The position numbers and the translations under genes were made by a program. Shown here piece by piece: positions 59,073 through 64,000 of a DNA stretch of 64,000 nt (the first letter of the stretch is position 1; each line of letters starts with the position of its first letter). Location: the NCBI GenBank assembly GCA_050942955.1, contig JBMNOG010000004.1, positions 4,431 through 68,430 of the forward strand, given 5' to 3'. A model generated the notes under the pieces. The model saw only the letters and a program-made list of their open reading frames with translations, had not been told where the DNA came from and ran no database searches. The DNA is from Patescibacteria group bacterium. GTDB lineage: Bacteria > Patescibacteriota > Microgenomatia > UBA1400 > UBA1449.

Positions 59073-59345
59073 TGTCTTTTCTCCTTGCTGGAATTCCGAA
59101 ATGTCAAATGTAGCCTAATTGCTACAAGCAAGTATTATACTCTCCTCAGGCAAACACAAATAGATTAACAGGGGTACCTTCTTTATCCTAAGTTCAAAAG
59201 CTCAAGATTAGATAATCTGAGCATACATAGTAGCAGGAATATAGGAGTAAACTGGACGTCTACTTTGCTATCTTCATCTATATGGTATAATATTAAAAAT
59301 GTGTGTAATAAATACGTATAGAAATTCACTCTTTCTTTAGTATTT

Positions 59346-59639
59346 ATGACAAAAATTGAGAGAAGATTAGGACAGAAATCTTTTGATGCCTATCAGGCAA
59401 ACAAATCCAGGTTGATAGGTATTGCAATGACGGTAGCCGAGTTTGACTCGGCAAATGGTGAGATAATATATGATGACAGCCGCTGGACTGGACAATCGAT
59501 ACTCCAATCGCTAAAAGGTTGCGGGTATGATACCGTTTACCAATTTATGAGGCAATTTATAGATATTTTTGGAATGCCAACCCCAAAAGATGATGGGCGG
59601 CTGGTTTGGAGAGTTAATAAAACTTCAGATTTATTTTAA
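59346..59639 (+). CDS. hypothetical protein (97 aa)
   Basis: ORF with ATG start convergent with uvrB. No motif recognised. Confidence 0.35.
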   Translation: MTKIERRLGQKSFDAYQANKSRLIGIAMTVAEFDSANGEIIYDDSRWTGQSILQSLKGCGYDTVYQFMRQFIDIFGMPTPKDDGRLVWRVNKTSDLF

Positions 59640-61741
59640 TTTTTTCGCTCTTCAAGCTCCCTAATCTTATCCCGTATCCTCGCCGCCCGCTCAAAGTTCA
59701 AGTCCTTGGCCTCAGCCAGCATGGCCCGACGCAACCTCTTTTTAAGCAGCTCTTTATCTTGAGGAGTATAGTCATCAGGGTTAATAGTCTCAAGCACAAT
59801 CTCATCCCCTTTGGGGGTGAGTTTAAGAGAGACTTTTTTGCCATCAGACTCTTCTTTAGGTTCGCGTTTAATAAGTTTTTCCCTGATTTTCTTTTGGATT
59901 GTAGCCGGTTTTATACCATGTTCCTCGTTGTAGGCTAGCTGAACCTCCCGTCTGCGGTTCACTTCAGTTATAGCTTCCTTCATTGACCGAGTTTGAGTGT
60001 CGGCATACATTATTACCCTACCCTCCACATGCCGTGCAGCCCGACCCATTGTTTGGATAAGTGAAGTTTTAGAGCGCAGAAAACCCTCTTTGTCAGCATC
60101 CAAAATAGCTACTAATGTTACTTCAGGTAAGTCCAGGCCCTCTCTCAAAAGGTTAATACCGACAACTACATCATACACTCCGGTACGCAGATCATCTAAA
60201 ATGTCTTGCCTATCCAGAGTTTCAATATCAGAGTGAAGGTACGCCACTTTGGGCATCTCAAAATCGGGACTACCCTGCTTGAAGTTTTCGAAGTTTTTTT
60301 CTTCGTTAAGATAGTCGGTTAACGCTTCTGCTAAACGTTTTGTAAGGGTGGTTACTAAAACCCTTTGGCCTTTAGCTTTTCGCTTCATGATTTCGCGGGT
60401 CAAATCCTCTATCTGGTTATCTGTAGGTCTTACCTCAACTTCTGGATCAACTAAACCAGTTGGCCTTACCAGCTGTTCAACAACCTCAACATGAGGCCGC
60501 GATAGTTCCCAATCGCTAGGAGTAGCAGAGACGAATACGGTCTGATTTACTCTTTGCAAAAACTCATCAAACTGGAGGGGTCGGTTATCAAGAGCCGAGG
60601 GGAGCCTGAATCCGTAGTCAATCAGTGTTTGCTTGCGAGCCCTGTCTCCGTTATACATTCCCCGTATTTGCGGGATAGTCATATGGGATTCATCGATAAC
60701 CAGGAGCCAGTCTTTTTTTTGCATGAAGTAATCAATGAGAGTATACGGAGCTTCTCCGGGTTTGCGACCATCAAAGTAGCGGGAATAGTTTTCAATACCG
60801 TTAACAAACCCGAGCTCTGAAATCATGTCAAGGTCGTAGTTAACCTTCTGCTCAAGCCTGTACGCTTCAATAGTTTTACCGGACGCTTTAAGTTCTTTCA
60901 GTCGTAATTTTAAATCTTTGCGAATGTTTGCAAATGCAGCTTCCTGTTTTGCAGGATCAGTAATGTAGTGTTTGGCAGGAAAAAGAATATACTCTTCAAG
61001 GAGAGAATTTGAAACACTGGCCACTGTGATGTCAGTTATTGGGTCAACAGGCTTAGCTGAAATCGGGTCAAGCCACTGCATTTTCTCCAGAATATTGCCA
61101 AGAAACTGGAGCCTTAGCAGGTTATCCTGATATGCTGGCCAAACCTCAATTATGTCTCCTTTCACTCTGAATGAACCTCTTTTCAGGTCAAAATCACTTC
61201 GCTCATACTGAAGCCTGGTAAGTTGCGAAAGCAAGTCCTGCCGCTTCATCACTTCACCCACTTTTAGAGGGATAACAAAGTGGCTGTACTCTCTTGGGTC
61301 ACCAATGTTGTAGATACAGGAAACTGAAGCAACGATAATGACATCGTTGCGAGTCTGGAGGTTAGTTGTTGCCAAAAGCCTTAACTTGTCAATTTCTTCG
61401 TTTATCTCAGTTTCTTTTTCAATATACGTGTCTGTTGTCGGAATGTAGGCTTCAGGCTGGTAGTAGTCGTAGTAGGAGACAAAGTATGAAACCCCGTTTT
61501 TTGGGAAGAAATCCCTAAACTCTTGGTAAAGTTGGCCGGCCAGAGTTTTGTTGTGAGAGATTACTAGTGTCGGCCGCTGGAGCTTTTCAATCACATTAGC
61601 TACAGTAAACGTCTTACCGCTACCAGTAACTCCCAGAAGCACCTGGTTTTCTTTGCCGGACTCAAGGTTTTTAACAAGTTTCTCAATAGCCTGTGGTTGA
61701 TGACCGGTTGGGCTGTAGTTTGAAGCAATTTTGAATTTCAT
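59636..61741 (-). CDS. uvrB: excinuclease ABC subunit B
   Basis: MKFKIASNYSPTGHQPQAIEKLV...GVTGSGKTFT (helicase motif I), beta-hairpin region, and a C-terminal UvrC-interaction coiled-coil. Confidence 0.95.
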   Translation of the reverse strand: MKFKIASNYSPTGHQPQAIEKLVKNLESGKENQVLLGVTGSGKTFTVANVIEKLQRPTLVISHNKTLAGQLYQEFRDFFPKNGVSYFVSYYDYYQPEAYIPTTDTYIEKETEINEEIDKLRLLATTNLQTRNDVIIVASVSCIYNIGDPREYSHFVIPLKVGEVMKRQDLLSQLTRLQYERSDFDLKRGSFRVKGDIIEVWPAYQDNLLRLQFLGNILEKMQWLDPISAKPVDPITDITVASVSNSLLEEYILFPAKHYITDPAKQEAAFANIRKDLKLRLKELKASGKTIEAYRLEQKVNYDLDMISELGFVNGIENYSRYFDGRKPGEAPYTLIDYFMQKKDWLLVIDESHMTIPQIRGMYNGDRARKQTLIDYGFRLPSALDNRPLQFDEFLQRVNQTVFVSATPSDWELSRPHVEVVEQLVRPTGLVDPEVEVRPTDNQIEDLTREIMKRKAKGQRVLVTTLTKRLAEALTDYLNEEKNFENFKQGSPDFEMPKVAYLHSDIETLDRQDILDDLRTGVYDVVVGINLLREGLDLPEVTLVAILDADKEGFLRSKTSLIQTMGRAARHVEGRVIMYADTQTRSMKEAITEVNRRREVQLAYNEEHGIKPATIQKKIREKLIKREPKEESDGKKVSLKLTPKGDEIVLETINPDDYTPQDKELLKKRLRRAMLAEAKDLNFERAARIRDKIRELEERKN

Positions 61742-62000
61742 AGATTTTGTAGTATACCAAAAATGAGATTCCAAATCATTGCGGATATATTTGAAAAATC
61801 AAAGATTATAGAAACTCAGTATTGGAAATTCTAGCTTTGTACTTACATTTTGCACTTAGTACTGAGCTTTCTGTACCTTTTGCCAAACTGGCACTTGCAG
61901 GTTCGTATATTTTTTGCCAAACTATTACCAAACTCTGCACAACGTTAACTGCCTGCTAAATTTGGTTATAAACATTATCTGCCCTAAAGGTTAGTACCCT

Positions 62001-62666
62001 ATGGCAAATAACGCTCCTGAACACACAGTTACTCTTTACAAACGTCAGAGGCAAATCGTTGAGTTTATTTCCCAGTTTATCCAGAGAAACGGTTACTCAC
62101 CTACGTTGCGCGAAATCGGAGATGCTATGGGGTTATCTTCTTTAGCTACTGTTCATGAGCATGTAGCCAGACTATGTGAAAAAGGAGTGCTTAAAAAAAC
62201 TACAGGCAATAAAACCCGCGGCATCATTGTTGTTGACAGCAAGCTTGGCTCGTTCCAACAAGGTGTTAATTTACCAATACTAGGCTTCTTTTCTGCCGGC
62301 CAGCCGATTGACCCCTACAATAAGCCTGAGGCATATGTACAGGTTTCAGCTGAAATGCTTTCAGGAAGAAAACGGGCTTTTGCCCTTGAAGTTCGAGGCG
62401 ATGCCATGATTGATGAAGGAATCATTGATGGAGATTACATTGTTGTTGAGGAGGAAATTGATATTAATGACGGTGATGTTGTTATCGCCATTCTTGAAAA
62501 CGGCAGCGCTACCTTAAAAAAATTCTACAAAGAAGCTACGCGTGTCAGGCTTGAATGTATTCATAGTAACAATCACCCAATCTATGCAGCTAGAATTCAG
62601 CTTCAGGGCCGCAGCCTTGGAGTAGTCAGGCATTTTGCTACGTTTAAGACTGATTATAAAAGTTAG
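62001..62666 (+). CDS. lexA: LexA-family repressor (S24 peptidase fold) with the catalytic Ser replaced by Ala
   Basis: N-terminal wHTH (YSPTLREIGDAMGLSSLATVHEHVARLCEKGVL). Ala-Gly cleavage site in ILGFFSAGQP. Catalytic block LEVRGDAMIDEGIIDGDYIVV (B. subtilis LEIMGDSMIDAGILDKDYVIV). Lys in ATLKKFYKE. Divergent from uvrB. Confidence 0.85.
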   Translation: MANNAPEHTVTLYKRQRQIVEFISQFIQRNGYSPTLREIGDAMGLSSLATVHEHVARLCEKGVLKKTTGNKTRGIIVVDSKLGSFQQGVNLPILGFFSAGQPIDPYNKPEAYVQVSAEMLSGRKRAFALEVRGDAMIDEGIIDGDYIVVEEEIDINDGDVVIAILENGSATLKKFYKEATRVRLECIHSNNHPIYAARIQLQGRSLGVVRHFATFKTDYKS

Positions 62667-62753
62667 CCTGTTTCCAGTATAATATCTCCCAGGTAAAAGC
62701 TATTTATTCATTAGGAACATTCAGCTATTGCTGAATGTTAAAACGAGAATGGT

Positions 62754-63521
62754 ATGAATAAAAACAGTACTAAACTAAATAACAATGCTAACGTATTAGA
62801 CCAAGGACTTTATGTCATTGCCACCCCTATTGGCAACAGACAGGATATAACTCTAAGGGCTCTTGAAACTATGTTTGGCGTAGACATTTTACTCTGCGAA
62901 GACACAAGAAAAACTAAGCTCCTTTTAGATTATTACAGACAGAACCTGATTACTGCAAACGTAAGCAGTTTACTTGAGATTTCGCTTGAGAGGATACCTC
63001 AACTTATCTCTTACTTTGAACATAATGAAGACCAGCGTGTACCTGAAGTGCTTTCCTACCTACAGAAAGGCTTAAAAGTCGGTCTGGTTAGTAATAGCGG
63101 CACCCCAACTATATCCGATCCAGGGTATAAACTCGTTAAAACCTGCAGAGAGAGCGATATTAAGGTTTTTAGTGCTCCCGGACCTTCTGCTATCATCTCT
63201 GCCCTCTCTATTTCCGGCCTATCTTCAGATAAGTTTACTTTTCTAGGGTTTTTACCTAGAAAACCAGGGAAGCAAAATAAAATCTGGAAGGATATTCGAA
63301 ACAGTTCGTTGGGGCAAACAGTGATTTTTTATGAGTCTCCTTTCAGGGTCTTTAAAACTCTGGCAAACATGGAAAAATGCTTTGGTAACATCGAAGTTAC
63401 TATTGCCCGCGAATTAACCAAGAAGCATGAAGAGGTGGTTACAAAACCAATTATCAAGTGGCTGGAACAAAAAACGTTTAAAGGTGAGTTAGTAGTCCTA
63501 TTTCGCTGTTCCAAGGAGTAG
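62754..63521 (+). CDS. rsmI: 16S rRNA (cytidine1402-2'-O)-methyltransferase
   Basis: LYVIATPIGNRQDITLRALE...LLCEDTRKTKLLL...SNSGTPTISDPGYKLV...FYESPFR...IARELTK aligns with E. coli RsmI throughout. Confidence 0.85.
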   Translation: MNKNSTKLNNNANVLDQGLYVIATPIGNRQDITLRALETMFGVDILLCEDTRKTKLLLDYYRQNLITANVSSLLEISLERIPQLISYFEHNEDQRVPEVLSYLQKGLKVGLVSNSGTPTISDPGYKLVKTCRESDIKVFSAPGPSAIISALSISGLSSDKFTFLGFLPRKPGKQNKIWKDIRNSSLGQTVIFYESPFRVFKTLANMEKCFGNIEVTIARELTKKHEEVVTKPIIKWLEQKTFKGELVVLFRCSKE

Positions 63522-64000
63522 ATTTAAAGCCCCGTATACCGGCGGTTTCTGAGGCCTGATAATGACCGCCTTTGGAAATTCCTCTTTTATACTTTGCGAA
63601 AATCTGGAAACGGAAATCATAGCATCTGAGAACATCCCACCGCTTGCAACCAGGTCAAAAACCTGATCTTCAAAATGAAGATTTATACAGACTGCTCTTA
63701 CCATGTTCACCAAGCTTTCCACAGCATCATCAAGAATCTTTAGAGCCAAGTTATCATTTTTCTCAAGTGCTTGAGGTAAAAGAAGAGATATACGCGCTAT
63801 TGAGGCTTTATTAAAGCCAGGAGCATACACTTTTTGCTTAAGCTTAGCTATCTCAGTAACTGAGAAATAATTTTTGACCAGATCCTCAAGCTCAGTTTTT
63901 TCTTCACGGCCATCCGCACTCATGACTGCAGCTTTTAAAATCTTAAGGCCAATATCGTACGCACTACCTTCATCACTTAGGAGATAGTCCAAACCCCCAG
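63498..64000 (-). CDS. BadF/BadG/BcrA/BcrD-type ATPase (N-acetylglucosamine-kinase-like), C-terminal part. The N-terminus lies beyond the window end.
   Basis: The ORF is open at the window edge. YDIGLKILKAAVMSADGRE... is typical of this sugar-kinase/ATPase family. Confidence 0.5.
   Translation of the reverse strand, partial: GGLDYLLSDEGSAYDIGLKILKAAVMSADGREEKTELEDLVKNYFSVTEIAKLKQKVYAPGFNKASIARISLLLPQALEKNDNLALKILDDAVESLVNMVRAVCINLHFEDQVFDLVASGGMFSDAMISVSRFSQSIKEEFPKAVIIRPQKPPVYGALNLLLGTAK

Overview
Low-GC (~38-40%) bacterial chromosomal window, apparently from a small-genome lineage (possibly CPR/Patescibacteria; phylum not proven). Evidence is PT-rich linkers, a sortase, many small envelope proteins and tRNAs without encoded CCA.

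Housekeeping genes: galU, a cyclophilin, zwf, eno, phosphomannomutase, ruvC, ruvAB, holA-like, rsmI and the SOS genes uvrA, uvrB and lexA. Also an ECF sigma/anti-sigma pair, a heterodimeric ABC exporter pair, a GT4 plus amylo-1,6-glucosidase pair, secreted GH-A glycosidases, and three tRNAs (Arg-TCT, Glu-TTC, Lys-TTT).

Most notable observations:
1. A 1.8-kb AT-rich islet carrying an AbiEi/AbiEii (type IV TA/abortive-infection) pair sits next to tRNA-Lys. It is bounded by an 18-bp direct repeat of the tRNA 3' end, an att-like scar, and there is no integrase.
2. An ~11-kb glycosylation locus encodes ADP-heptose biosynthesis. It has a GT4-GmhA fusion protein, GmhB and bifunctional HldE, but no HldD epimerase. 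It also carries three GT9 heptosyltransferase homologs (two with C-terminal Cys clusters), a GT4 and a GT2, in an organism with no LPS signatures.
3. A ~1-kb GC-rich (~50-55%), ORF-free, hairpin-dense region lies between manB and a PEP-utilizing enzyme and ends in an intrinsic terminator. It is a candidate large structured ncRNA or long 3' UTR.
4. Two catalytic-residue substitutions in otherwise conserved motifs. LexA reads GDAM where GDSM is expected (nucleophile Ser to Ala). The PEP-utilizing enzyme reads GSPAALLAREL where TSHAAIIAREL is expected (phospho-His to Pro).
5. A thrice-repeated 'aacaagcagcagYagg + hairpin' leader element lies upstream of small envelope-protein genes.
6. Further GC-rich patches at 7.17-7.57 kb and 57.75-59.3 kb, the latter a three-gene insert between uvrA and uvrB.
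7. A tRNA-Glu 3'-end partial duplication, a 54-aa SD-led zinc-ribbon ORF missing from the ORF track, and several long perfect inverted repeats.

All calls are from reading the sequence and translations. No database search was possible.
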